Below are positions 13,301 through 26,183 of a stretch of DNA of 64,000 nt, piece after piece. The DNA is from Lingula anatina (lineage: Eukaryota; Animalia; Brachiopoda): positions 8,006,954-8,070,953 of the forward strand of contig CM120644.1 of NCBI GenBank assembly GCA_051362555.1. The letters are read 5' to 3'. Every line of letters starts with the position of its first letter. Position 1 is the first letter of the stretch. Below the pieces are notes generated by a model. The model did not search any database, was not told the DNA's origin, and saw nothing but the letters and a program-made list of their open reading frames with translations. The translations under genes and the position numbers were made by a program.

Positions 13301-13682
13301 CTTTTCACTTGTAATTCTTGGACTTTGTTTTCTACACTTTAAGGTATATAGTGACTTTGATCAATCCTCCAAATAAGGTTGAAGTTTCTTCTGAAAAATT
13401 AATGAAAACTTAACTCAATCTGTATTAACTTTAAGTATTCCAAATACATGTAGCAGAGACAATGATGTGTCACCACAAATGAAGAAAGAGAATAAAAGAC
13501 TTGACGTTTTTTGAGAGCATACTGGATATAAGTGCTGCTGCTTTCACCTTAAAGTGGATATGTTGACATCACAAAACTACATATTGGCTTTCTGTTTATA
13601 ATATTAGTAGCTTAAGTTTTTAAATAAGTCATAATCAAAATTGGTGAGTGAAATCACCGTCACTATAGTTGATACCCCATAA

Positions 13683-13874
<192 letters not shown>

Positions 13875-14105
13875 TAAGTTAACATCTAGGTTGATCTGCC
13901 ATATATCCTCAGTCCTTGGTATGCATAATGTATCTATGTTATACAGCAGAGTAACACCTGATAACAAAGAGCGTTTACAGTGAAAATGTGTAGAATATCC
14001 ATGAATGGGTAAAATTTGCTGCTCATGTCATTTTGAGCGTCATTTTGATGTGTAATTTATTGTCTGTAAGCATGGCATGTGATAATAACCCTTTATGTTG
14101 TTTAG

Positions 14106-14196
14106 CCTGGATGCTGGATCGAGTAGCATTCAAGTGACAGTGAAGGATGGAGGACTTAAACTGTTGCAGATACAAGACAATGGGTCAGGAATAAGG
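14106..14196 (+). CDS. MLH1: MLH1 coding exon 2 (91 nt)
   Basis: TTTAG acceptor; [30 protein letters not shown]; GTAAGA donor. Confidence 0.97.
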
Positions 14197-14798
14197 GTAA
14201 GATGTATGCATACACACACATATAATGTATTCATGATTTTACCTGTTAATGTTTTGTAACAGAGTTAAATTGAAGGATGAAGATTTTGGTGCATCAATTT
14301 TGAACTTTTGCAGTATTTCCCCCCACCATAATTATTTTGTGAGGGTACTCCCTGCAATGTTTTTTGTATTTAATTATATTGGTTTGGTAATTCATTTACA
14401 AATTTAATTATGATTTTTACAGGAAACTAAATGATATCCAAAAATTGTGGGAGGAGGGCCATTAAAATGGTGAAAAATTTGTTGTAATCTCATAGGTCAA
14501 ATAGCTTGAAGGTTTAATAAAAAGTTGATAAAATTATTAAATAATTTCTAAACTATTCCAAATTTATTTAAATACCAGAGACACTTATTGAAGTTACTGC
14601 ATAACTTAATTTTGATAAACATTAAGATTAGTTATTTGTTAATTGGGGGAGGGGGGGGGGGGGGGGGAGGGGGGATACTGCAAATGAATCCATCTTTCTA
14701 ACTACCCAGCAAAACACCTTTAAATATATATCATGAATTTGTTTTTCTCTAAGCATGTCATTTGATGAGCAAATCCTTAAAATTATAACCACTTCTAG

Positions 14799-14971
14799 AA
14801 AGAAGATATGGAGATAGTTTGTGAGCGGTTCACAACCAGTAAACTAAACAAGTTTGAAGATCTGAATGCCATAGCAACATATGGTTTCCGTGGTGAGGCT
14901 CTGGCTTCCATAAGTCATGTAGCCCATGTTACCATAACAACCAGAACAGCTGACTCCAAATGTGCATACAG
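14799..14971 (+). CDS. MLH1: MLH1 coding exon 3 (173 nt, equals human exons 3+4)
   Basis: TTCTAG acceptor; [57 protein letters not shown] with the MutL GFRGEAL signature; GTGTGT donor. Confidence 0.97.
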
Positions 14972-15261
14972 GTGTGTAAAATATTTAATTTGCATCCATT
15001 CTCTTAGTTCATATTACAAGCAGAATTGTATTTATAAATGATAATTGTCAAACACAAGTCGAAAAAACCTTCATACTGATAGGTTATTTATGATCCAACT
15101 ACCAAGCTAATGAAATGTTTTTTGCTTAGAATTTTATTTTCAAAAAGCGTTTTATTTAGTTATTCATTCTGTATCATTTATTCTCTTATTTTTTAAAGTG
15201 AAATAGATGAGCAGGTTGTTTCTTATTTCTATTACTAGAATTATGGATTTATTATTTCCAG

Positions 15262-15334
15262 AGGAAGTTACTGTGATGGCAAGTTGAAGGCCCCAGTTAA
15301 GCCTTGTGCTGGTAATGTAGGAACCCAGATCACA
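15262..15334 (+). CDS. MLH1: MLH1 coding exon 4 (73 nt)
   Basis: TTCCAG acceptor; [24 protein letters not shown]; GTAAGT donor. Confidence 0.96.
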
Positions 15335-15929
15335 GTAAGTATTGTCGTGCAGGGGACGTGTTCCCAAAAGATTGTAACTTACAAATTGTTGTAAGTTACA
15401 AAGTTTCGAGAATATGGCCCCAGTATTTAAAGTAGTGTTCAATGTCAGGGAGCAGACAGCTGCAGGCTTTTACTTTATCACCATTGAAATGTAGCTATTT
15501 TGATCTGGCATGGTGATTTAATTGCGCCAACTTCCTAATGCAGGTGTGTGTACTTGTAATCATCAGAGATATTGTCTGTTATCTTTAGTCAAAGTAAATT
15601 TCTTAAATACTTGGAAATTATTTCATATTTTAAAGGGAGGTGTGACAGTATTAGTTTTAATTTTGAGAATCTGTAATGTATTTCATGATATGGGATGTTT
15701 TCCTTTCTTTTTTCTCACTGACAGTTCATAATCAAAATCTTCACAGTCTAACTGCAGAAAGGATGGTTCAACTAAGTAAGATTTCATTTAGAATAGAATC
15801 CTTCAGACACTGCTGTCGCAAGCCAAAAATTTGACTTTGTCTGATTTCATGCTAAATGATTTCATTTTCCTTTAATCTTCAAGTACATATTTTTTCATTT
15901 AATAAGTGATAATTTGTATTTAAATATAG

Positions 15930-16021
15930 GTTGAAGATTTATTTTACAATGTAACTACAAGAAGAAAAGCACTGAGGAGTCCAGCTGAAGAGCATTCCAA
16001 AGTTGTGGAAGTCATGAGCAG
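15930..16021 (+). CDS. MLH1: MLH1 coding exon 5 (92 nt)
   Basis: ATATAG acceptor; [30 protein letters not shown]; GTAGGT donor. Confidence 0.96.
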
Positions 16022-16190
16022 GTAGGTGAAGTGAGCAGGTAGGGGAAATAAACAGGTAGGGGATGTGTACAGGTATGTGAAGTGAGCAGGTAAGGGAGGT
16101 GAGCAGGTAGGTGAAGGGGGCAGGTAGGTGAAGTGAACAGGTAGGTGAAGTGAACAGGTAGGTGAATGGAGCAGTATGGATAAGTGAGCC
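16015..16190 (+). repeat. 17-bp minisatellite (consensus TGAGCAGGTAGGTGAAG, 9 good copies + degenerate) overlapping the exon 5 donor
   Basis: Units run from 16015 at 17-nt spacing to 16167, each containing CAG|GTA. Confidence 0.93.
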
Positions 16191-16559
16191 ATTTGAGAAT
16201 GATAGCATTATGAAATGAAATTGGGCTGAATGAATTTACAAGTTGGTGAAATGAAACTTAATGAAAAAAATGAAACAACATATGCCATAGACTGATAAAG
16301 TTGTCATGTGACCAAATTATCAGGAAAAAAACCTCTCAGGTTGCAGTGCATTAGGTGAGTGAAAACTTATACTTGAACTCCTTCTCCAAGTTCTGGGTTG
16401 AAGATTGTGTCTGTTTGGAGATTGTGAATGCGATAGTTGAGACGCATCTCAACTGTTCATGTCACTGGATGTGTTCTCATTCAATAAGGAGTTTCACAGG
16501 CTGTTGCTGTGCATTGACACGGTGGCTTGATTGTAAGCATAGAGAAATTGCAGATGGTT

Positions 16560-16830
16560 TAAATAAATGGTCTAAAGGAAGTATTTTCAAATGTCAGTAA
16601 AAAGAGGATTAAAGAACATAAAAAAGGCACTAGTTTTTGTAACAGTATTTCCTTTAATCCTTATTTAGCTTATCTCATTTTTAATTATGGATTCTTAATA
16701 AATGGTCTAAAGGAAGAATTTTCAAATGTCAGTAAAAAGAGGATTAAGGAACATCAAAAAGGGCACTAGTTTTTGTAACAGTATTTCCTTTGATCCTTAT
16801 TTAGCTTGTCTCATTTTTTATTATGCATTT
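16560..16830. repeat. Tandem duplication of ~135 bp (2 copies)
   Basis: AATAAATGGTCTAAAGGAAG at 16562 and 16697 with continued near-identity. Confidence 0.9.
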
Positions 16831-16948
16831 TAAGACACTGAATTTGATATTTGGACATTTCTTATCAAACTTGATAAGTAAAATGTAAGGTAGTCATACA
16901 CTAGTTTAACTAATCATTGATTTTGTTCTTTAATATTAATATTAACAG

Positions 16949-16991
16949 GTATGCCATCCACAATGCTAAAGTTGGGTTTACTTTGAAGAAG
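16949..16991 (+). CDS. MLH1: MLH1 coding exon 6 (43 nt)
   Basis: TAACAG acceptor; YAIHNAKVGFTLKK; GTAAAT donor. Confidence 0.95.
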
Positions 16992-17425
16992 GTAAATTTG
17001 TAGTCATTTTACTTTATATGTGTGTGTTTCTCTTCCCTTTTATTTTATAATGTCATATGAACATAATACTTCAATTCAATTTTCATCACTTCCATAAATG
17101 TATTATTTATAAGCAATTACATTTTTAGCACTATGTTTTTTTTTTCTGGATATTGACATTTCATGGGGGTGTTTCATCTTGAATAACATAAATCAGTTTT
17201 TCATGTGGCTTGTATAAATATGATCTCAAATGAACAAAATAGAATTACATCCCAGCTAAAATGTCCATTGTTACTGAAAGCAAGAATGAAGCAGTTTGTG
17301 CCATGTTTGACAATTTAGCTACACACATATAATATATAAGTACACACACAACAGTATGAATTAAATTTTCAAAAAAAGAAATAGAATCAATATAAACTTT
17401 TAACTCCCAGCTTTATTTCCTGTAG

Positions 17426-17514
17426 CACGGGGACAGCATGGCGGATGTGAGAACCCCCCAGGGCTCAACACCACTGGACAACATCAGGACTATATATGGA
17501 GCCAGTGTCGCCAG
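17426..17514 (+). CDS. MLH1: MLH1 coding exon 7 (89 nt)
   Basis: CTGTAG acceptor; HGDSMADVRTPQGSTPLDNIRTIYGASVA; GTATGG donor. Confidence 0.95.
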
Positions 17515-17892
17515 GTATGGGGAGGTGGGGTCTTTTATCTGGAAGATATTCTCAGGTTTTAATCCCCTAAATTGCACACTGCAGACATGAGTCTTTTTTC
17601 TGTGGAAAAGCGGAATTCCACTTTTTAAAATTCTATTCTGATGGTTGCTGAGATTTGTCAAGGTTAGGTGTTGTGTCCCATGATAAATGTTCAGAGGGTT
17701 TTTTTAAGCCTAGGTTCATGTCTGACACTACATTTGTAGCAAGTGGGGGTATTGTTTGTGTATCATTAATGGTCCAGCTCAGACTGATTGTTTATGTTAA
17801 GCTGATGGTGGCATGGTGTTTTCACAATGCAGGTATCTGGTCAGTCGTACAAACGCTGGAGACAGGCGGACAGCCAGACAAACCGACAAATG

Positions 17893-17956
17893 CAGGCCCC
17901 TAGCCAGCAGTTTCCTGGGTGGATGGGGGTGGGGGTGGGGGGTTGAGGCTGTGTGT

Positions 17957-18002
<46 letters not shown>

Positions 18003-18129
18003 AATTGGACCTTTTACCATGAAGCCTCCGTGTACCTAGATTAATTTTAACCCAGAGCAGATCTTTTCCCAGCAAAAAAAGGGAGGTTTGTACGAGCCCC
18101 CTGAACCCCCCCCCCTGGCTACGGGCCTG
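17893..18129. mobile_element. MITE-like element with internal (GT)n
   Basis: Terminal inverted repeats CAGGCCCCTAGCCAG / CTGGCTACGGGCCTG; no clear TSD. Confidence 0.65.
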
Positions 18130-21100
18130 AACAGACAGGCTGACAGCTAGACAGACAGACAGATATACAAAGAGTACGAAGATAGACATGCAGAGAAACA
18201 AAGTGGAAGTCATACATAGAATAGTTATTATACATGCATGTACATTCACATTCATATAATATCTCCAATTATGGCCAACTGGCTGACAATGATTGGAGGT
18301 TATTAATTCTTTGATTATCCGGTCACATCTCTCTGAACTACATGACTAGATTTCCACATGTCAAAATGACATTATCTGATAACAGATGTCGAATGTATTA
18401 TTCTTTACTGTACCTAGTGACTTGTTGCATGACTTATTAATGTGTGTATTACAGTTTAGAGGAATATTATGGCGTGAACATTTAAGGATTTTTTATTTTT
18501 ACCTGCATGATGATGACATACACTCATACTAAGTCTCAACAAAACTAGTCAATGTATGTTTTCACAATTTTAAAATACTCTTTTCCCCTCACAATAAAAG
18601 GTCAAAAAGAGAAAGCTAAAGATAACATGGAACACAAATTCAAGGAGCAGGTGCTTTAATTTCAACTTCAATCATTTATTTTTCATTTCCTTTCAATTTC
18701 AATTGTTGGGTTAAAATGTGATATGATTTTACCTAATTTAAAAGTATCTTGGGAGCTCCATTGGATTTGGTTTGAAAAGAAAAGTCATTTGCGTTTCTGA
18801 CAGAGTTACGCTACGCTTAATTTAGAGATGAATTTTTTTTTTGTGAAAGTGAATACTAGCGTGAGACAGCTGAGCCTTCTGCATGGAATACCTCTGAGGT
18901 TGAGAGTGGGACCTCTCTGCGGTTGAAGGGAAGTCAGTTTTATTATCTACCAATGATCATTTGCATGCCGATATTAGCATGTTAAGCTGGCGTATAAAGT
19001 AGATTATTACTAAATATTCAATTCAGGGTGTGAGTGTTCAGTAAGTGCAGTTAGGAAAACAACTGTTTCAACAGCTGCTGACATGAATAGATTATTGAAA
19101 TGGTGATTGCGATTAGTTTGATCACTGAAAGACCAGAAATTCCATTATGTGATTCAGAGACACGTAACACCTATTATTAAGTCTAGAAATGGAATCGAGA
19201 AAATCAATATTTTGGTTACTATTATTTGATTATACACATGCAACTCTTGTATTTCAGTATACCCTTTTTTTTTTGCAAGATTGATCAGACACCAGAGCAT
19301 GCAAAAAATACTTTGAATTTGACAAGTTTGTTTGAAGAATTTCCTTAAAATAAAAAGAAAGGTTCCTATTTGACTGTAGAGGGACAGAAGTTTGTTCTAG
19401 TCCGATTAAATAGTGTAATAACCTGTAATAATCTAATAAAACAGGAGGAAGGCTGTCTAGTAGAAGGTCGTCATTCAAGAAACTTCAAACTCTCAAACCT
19501 GCGTTGCACAGTTAGACATCCATTTATTGACTGGTACATGGCTATCAAGTTAAAAGCGATTCTATCAAAACCTTTATTAGCATGTGGCAATGATATAAAG
19601 AGGTATTGAATGAATGGAATTTTGAATAGTTATAATGGCTATAAATTTTGAATATCTTATAGTGGCTACAGAGAGAAGCCACCTATGAAGTCCATGTGAT
19701 GTGATGGCAAACACAAATTTCATAATAAATGCATTAACCACTGTTTTGCTGTTATATGGATATTTTTAGAACAGTTGTTATCCCTGTAAGTGGTAACTGA
19801 ATAAGAATGTATATAATATCCCAACATGGCAGAAAGCCAAAGTGAATGTGTCAGATTTCTTATGATTTTTATTTTTTTTATTGAGATAAAGATATTTAAT
19901 GTCGTTACAGAATATGTTCTATCTAAAGAAATGTCTGTAGCATTCAGGTGTACAGGTGCATTGTGGACTCTCAAAATTGCCTAAAATATTTTAGTGCTGT
20001 TAGTTATTAAATTGTTTAATGTTATTTTAAAGAAGTGAACATTTGTGTGACAGATGTGTGTGTGCAATTAAAGATTCCAATATTATGGTTATTTCTTGAT
20101 AGGAAACTTGCATGAGTGTGTCATGCTTCAGATACACATTTAATGAAATTGGTCTTTAACTTCTGTTTCTCTAGAAAACTCTGCTAATAAATTGATAGAA
20201 AACGTGCTCCCACAAGATGGGCTATTAATAAAAGACAAGTGGGCAATTTAAGATGTTGTTATCGAAGAAATTATCTAATGGTGCATTTGCATTGAAGATA
20301 GGTCCACTTCTCTTAGAACAACCCATCTGTAAGGGCTGACAGTGTCCGAAAGTGCGAGGCTAATCAGTCTGAGAGATATAATTGTGTGCCTGGAGATGGA
20401 GATTTGGGGAGGGGGGGGTTTGGAGATGGGTCGTCTTTTCTTGGTATCCTGGACATACATGTGTGCATGCTTTAATTTTTAACAAAAAAATTCACACCTT
20501 GGCTGTTGTTAAAACCATTTTGCTCATCTGTCATAAAAATATCGAAAAACGATCTATTTGGCATTTTTAACACGTCATGTGCTGTGTGTATAGGTCTTTT
20601 ATAAACGGTTATGAATTCTGTCTTTTTGAAAGATGGTTTTATCTCTTTTTTTGATTAGATTAAATGGTGTTATTGACAATGAAATAACATCATTTCTTTC
20701 AAAGTGGGACAAAGAACGGTTAATCCTTCTACTTGAAAGATTTACAAAGTTAAAACAATGTATAGAAAAATGGATTGCTTTCTTCCCAAAGGACAGCCTT
20801 AATGATCAGATTGCATGGAAATTTACACCGTCATTGACATTTGCAAAGTTTATGTTGAGAAAGAAAAGGATGCCTTTGACAAACAGTGGAAAACATGTCC
20901 TTGATATGATCCTGTTGAAGATAAATTTATAACAGCTACTATGATTCCAAAAGGTATTCTACTGACATTTGAAAATGTCCCAAAGTCATATTTTCTTTGC
21001 CTGCATATCCTGTAAAGCTACTTTTATTTCCCAATGCAGACATTCAAATCAATGAAACCCCTGAAGTAAAAGCACCTGATGTCAATGTTTTCTTTTGAAA

Positions 21101-22518
21101 TGTAGCAAAAGACATTGGGGTCCAAACATTAAGGGAAAGATTGAAAACTAAATTATTTTTTAAGATTATATAATACATAAAATCCAAGTGTGGGAATGGG
21201 TTGAGTAACGGTTTGTGAGTAGGAGAAAATTAAGTTCTTGGACCAAAAAATTAATTTGGCAAGAAAATCCCAGATGGGATACCTTTAAAAACAATAACAC
21301 AAAACAAAAAGCAAAGGAATCTGCAAGATATACACTTTTTACTCATATTTTTCGACTGACAATATCTCATAACACAATAAAATAATGTCTTCATACAATC
21401 TTAAAAGTTCTATACATTAAAATCAAGGGTTACTTACAACAGAAAGGTAATTACTGTTTAGTTTTTTAAAGCTGCCACTTAAATCAATTGTAAATAAAAA
21501 TTGCCTGTTTCAGTATTGTTTATTTTAATGATTTCAAGCATTATATGCTGTTATTCAGTTTTCTTTCAGTACATATTTTTTTATTTAAAGGTAACTTAAT
21601 TTTGATTCCCAATAAATACAGTATAGATTGTAGCTTAAAGTCGCTATCAGTGGAATATTGGTAACAGAAATTTACAGATTTGCCTGCCATTAATGGCTGC
21701 CATTTTTGTCTTGTTGAGTGCTTAATTTGAAAACAGTAATTTCAAGATACACATCCACTTATCTGAAGTACTTATTTTTTGCTAACCACTTATCTGAAGC
21801 TGAACTGATACACATACAGTATGACAATTTTGTATTATTGCTTAAATGTATTTCCAATATCTTTCTTTCCCCTGAAACATACAATTTAATGTGGACCATT
21901 CATGATCAAAATAGAAAGAAAAAATATATTTAAGACAAATAAGTGTATGAAATGCCCCTTTTGATTTAATTTTAATTAAACTTTGCCTCCATTCAACCAG
22001 TAGTCATACTGGTAAATGGTTGCATTCTTTGAATCAGCATGGTCTGTTGATTTATGTAGTTTTCTAATATGAAGTTGTTCATATATGTACAGCACCAAAA
22101 TTCGTATGTAGATCCACAAAAAATACAGAAAGTCAAAACAGCAATATTGCAAAACTTGAAGTTGACTTTAGCAAGCAGGCTGCTTTTCAACTATCTCATT
22201 GGCAATGAGATTTTCAATTACTTTGTCCACTTGATTCAATTAACTAAATTCCACATTCATTGATATACATATAACTTAACAATACAGCAACAAGTGGTGT
22301 AAAAGACTGATGAATAAATAGCCTGATTTTTACATGAAAGTGTCCTCTTACTGAGCCCCAACACCCGACACAGAAAATTAAGTTATTTCTATCTTAACAA
22401 GGATGGGAACTTGCTGAAAAGTTGGAAGGGGAGTAAAGATCCCCGCAGTGTAATTACTTGGTAGAACCTCTCCAAGCGTGCATACGTCTGTAAAGTTGTA
22501 TCACTATACGATAACACT

Positions 22519-25500
22519 TATTGTACCACCAGCGTTAGCGCTGGCGGTACACATGGTTTCGGTCCCGTCCGGATCGTTCCGCCGGCTCCGCCGGCTCCGC
22601 CGGACGGCTACCGTTACCGCTTCTCCTCCTAGACGGTAAGGGCCCCCGTACCCATCTCTTGGATTTAGGTCACCTATAATCTCAACTCGTTCCACGTAAA
22701 ATTTGGGCTTTGTCGGTATTGGGGTCTAGGTGTGGCACTCATTGCAATGCACCCTTGTCTAAAAATGGCAAAATTAAATGCTAATTATCTACCCTACGGA
22801 AGGAATTATGGGAAAAATTTCTACAGACGGCTTTCCAAAAGTCATATGTGTAGATTTCAAATATGCCCTTGGATTTGACCTTTGACCTTTATTTCAAGGT
22901 CAAACGGGCCAAAATTTTCAAAAAAATTAATTTTTTTACGAAAAAAAAATTATTTGCCCTGTTATTCAGACACCACACAGACTTAACCAAAAATATTATT
23001 GGAAGTTGTTACCCTTCAGGTCATCTTTCATCTCCGTGAATTTGGGGTCAATCGGTGCATTTTCACGGGAGTCGCGGCCATAAGATACTGAAACTGAAAA
23101 CTGTCTCTAATTCGGGAACCGTTAATGCTAGAGACCCATTCTTTTTTGCATTTTGTAGAGCATGTAAAGCGCAACACTGGAGGTGGTCTCCGTTTTTATG
23201 TATTCCATACGGTTTTCGAGTTACGCTGTATCAAAAAGTACATATTGGTGGTGAAAGCAAAATGTGCAGTACGGTAATGGATAATAAATTTTGAACTCCA
23301 GAAAAAAAATATATATAAGGCTTGGCAAAGCAGACAACTCATGGTCAAAAATAACATTATTTCATCAAATTTGAACTTCTGGAACTTCAGAGCACCTCCC
23401 ATTTCAAGAATTTTGACCAAAATTACCTTTTCTTTATTTTAATTAATTTTTTTCTGTAGGAAATTTATGGCACATTATGGTAACTCCAAAATTATAACAT
23501 TTAGTCCCTTATATCTCCAAAACTGGCAGAGATAGGTCCATAGTTACTATTGAAGTTGAATAGGAAGTCATATACTGGCAATCTTACTGTGACCTTGAAA
23601 TTGACCTTTGACCTACTTTTCACTATGAACTGAACTTTGCAAATTTTGCTTCCCTTTTATCTACAAAACTGGCAGAGATATGTCAATAGTTACTATTGAA
23701 CTTGAATAGGAAGTCATATACTGGCAATCTAAATGTGTCCTTAAAATTGACCTTTGACCTACTTTTCACCATGAACTGAACTTTGCAAATTTTGCTTCCC
23801 TTTTATCTCCAAAACTGGCAGAGATAGGTCCATAGTTACTATTGAACTTGAATAGGAAGTCATATACTGGCAATCTAAATGTGACCTTGAAATTGACCTT
23901 TGACCTACTATTCACCATGAACTGAACTTTGCAAATTTTGCTTCCCTTTTATCTCCAAAACTGGCAGAGATAGGTCCATAGTTACTATTGAACTTGAATA
24001 GGAAGTCATATACTGGCAATCTTACTGTGACCTTGAAATTGACCTTTGACCTACTTTTCACCATGAACTGAACTTTGTAAATTTTGCTTCCCTTTTATCT
24101 CCAAAACTGGCAGAGATAGGTCCATAGTTACTATTGAACTTGAATAGGAAGTCATATACTGGCAATCTAAATGTGACCTTGAAATTGACCTTTGACCTAC
24201 TTTTAACCATGAACTGAACTTTGCAAATTTTGATTCCCTTTTATCTCCAAAACTGGCAGAGATATGTTGATAGTTACCATTGAAGTTGAATAGGAAGTCA
24301 TATACTGGCAATCTTACTGTGACCTTGAAATTGACCTTTGACCTACTTTTCACCATGAACTGAACTTTGCAAATTTTGCTTCCCTTTTTTCTCCAGCAGT
24401 GGCTGAGATAGGTCCATAATTACTATAGAACTTGAATAGGAAGTCATATACTGGCAATCTAAATGTGACCTTAAAATTGACCTTTTACCTACTTTTCACC
24501 ATGAACTGAACTTTGCAAATTTTGCTTCCCTTTTATCTCCAAAGTTACGCTGTATCAAAAAGTACATATTGGTGGTGAAAGCAAAATGTGCAGTACGGTA
24601 ATGGATAATAAATTTTGAACTCCAGAAAAATAAAACATAAGGCTTGGCGAAGCAGACAACTTGTGGTCAAAAAAAAAAAACATTATTTCATCAAATTTGA
24701 ACATCTCGAACTTCAGAGCACCTCCCATTTCAAGAATTTTGACCAAAATGACCTTTTCTTTATTTTAATTATTTTTTTCTGTAGGAAATTTATGGCACAT
24801 TATGGTAACTCCAAAATTATAACATTTAGTCCCTTATATCTCCAAAACTGGCAGAGATAGGTCCATAGTTACTATTGAAGTTGAATAGGAAGTCATATAC
24901 TGGCAATCTTACTGTGATCTTTAAATTGATCTTTGACCTACTTTTCACTATGAACTGAACTTTGCAAATTTTGCTTCCCTTTTATCTCCAAAACTGGCAG
25001 AGATATGTCCATAGTTACTATTGAAGTTGAATAGGAAGTCATATACTGGCAATCTTACTGTGTCCTTAAAATTGACCTTTGACCTACTTTTCACCATAAA
25101 CTGAACTTTGTAAATTTTGCTTCCCTTTTATCTCCAAAACTGGCAGAGATAGGTCCATAGTTACTATTGAAGTTGAATAGGAAGTCATATACTGGCAATC
25201 TAAATGTGACCTTAAAATTGACCTTTGACCTACTTTCCACCATGAACTGAACTTGCAAATTTTGCTTCCCTTCTATCTCCAAAGTTACGCTGTATCAAAA
25301 AGTATATATTGGTGGTGAAAGCAAAATGCGCAGTACGGTAATGGATAATAAATTTTGAACTCCAGAAAAATAAAACATAAGGCTTGGCAAAGCAGACAAC
25401 TCATGGTCAAAAATGACATTATATCATCAAATTTGAACATCTCGAACTTCAAGACACTTCCCATTTCAAGAATTTTGACCAAAATTACCTTTTCTTTATT

Positions 25501-26183
25501 TTAATTAATTTTTTCTGTAGGAAATTTATGGCACATTATGGTAACTCCAAAATTATAACATTTAGTCCCTTATATCTCCAAAACTGGCAGAGATAGGTCC
25601 ATAGTTACTATTGAAGTTGAATAGGAAGTCATATACTGGCAATCTTACTGTGACCTTGAAATTGACCTTTGACCTACTTTTCACCATGAACTGAACTTTG
25701 TAAATTTTGCTTCTATTTCATCTCCAAAACTGGCAGAGATAGGTCCATAGTTACTATTGAAGTTGAATAGGAAGTCATATACTGGCAATCTTACTGTGAC
25801 CTTGAAATTGACCTTTGACCTACTTTTCACCATGAACTGAACTTTGCAAATTTTGCTTCCCTTTTATCTCCAAAACTGGCAGAGATAGGTCCATAGTTAC
25901 TATTAAACTTGAAAAGGAAGTCATATACTGGCAATCTAAATGTGACCTTGAAATTGACCTTTGACCTACCTTACGATGAATTAACTTTGATTGTACCATT
26001 TTAAATTATATATATTTTTTGCATATTTTGAAAATTCTTGTTGATTGCATTTTTACAGCTTGTCAAGCACAAGACTGGTGGCTGTGTCCCTTACTTTGTG
26101 TATGTGGGGGTCTATACGAATGCGCTTGCTCCAGCTGGTGGTACAATATTCGGAGGCGGTATCGCCTCTCTGATCCTCTAGTT
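22519..26183 (+). mobile_element. Non-autonomous Helentron/Helitron-like element (HINE type) with internal satellite arrays
   Basis: 5' subterminal IR TGTACCACCAGC with adjacent hairpin and a short GCCGGCTCC repeat; 3' subIR GCTGGTGGTACA, then hairpin GGAGGCGGTATCGCCTCT and CTAGTT; T-rich ends; no ORF. Confidence 0.85.
23521..25985 (+). repeat. 146-bp satellite in three blocks (7 + 3 + ~3 monomers) separated by a repeated ~300-bp spacer
   Basis: Monomer starts (mostly AACTGGCAGAGATA) at 23521, 23667, 23813, 23959, 24105, 24251, 24397; 24846, 24992, 25138; 25582, 25728, 25874. Spacer starting GTTACGCTGTATCAAAAAGT at ~23220, ~24544, ~25284. Confidence 0.95.

Noticed and set aside
15939-16208. 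Minus-strand repetitive ORFs
   Set aside because: Artefacts of the 17-bp minisatellite antisense to MLH1 exon 5.
24051-25482. ORFs within the HINE as Rep/helicase fragments
   Set aside because: They are translations of the 146-bp satellite and spacer; no HUH or helicase motifs.
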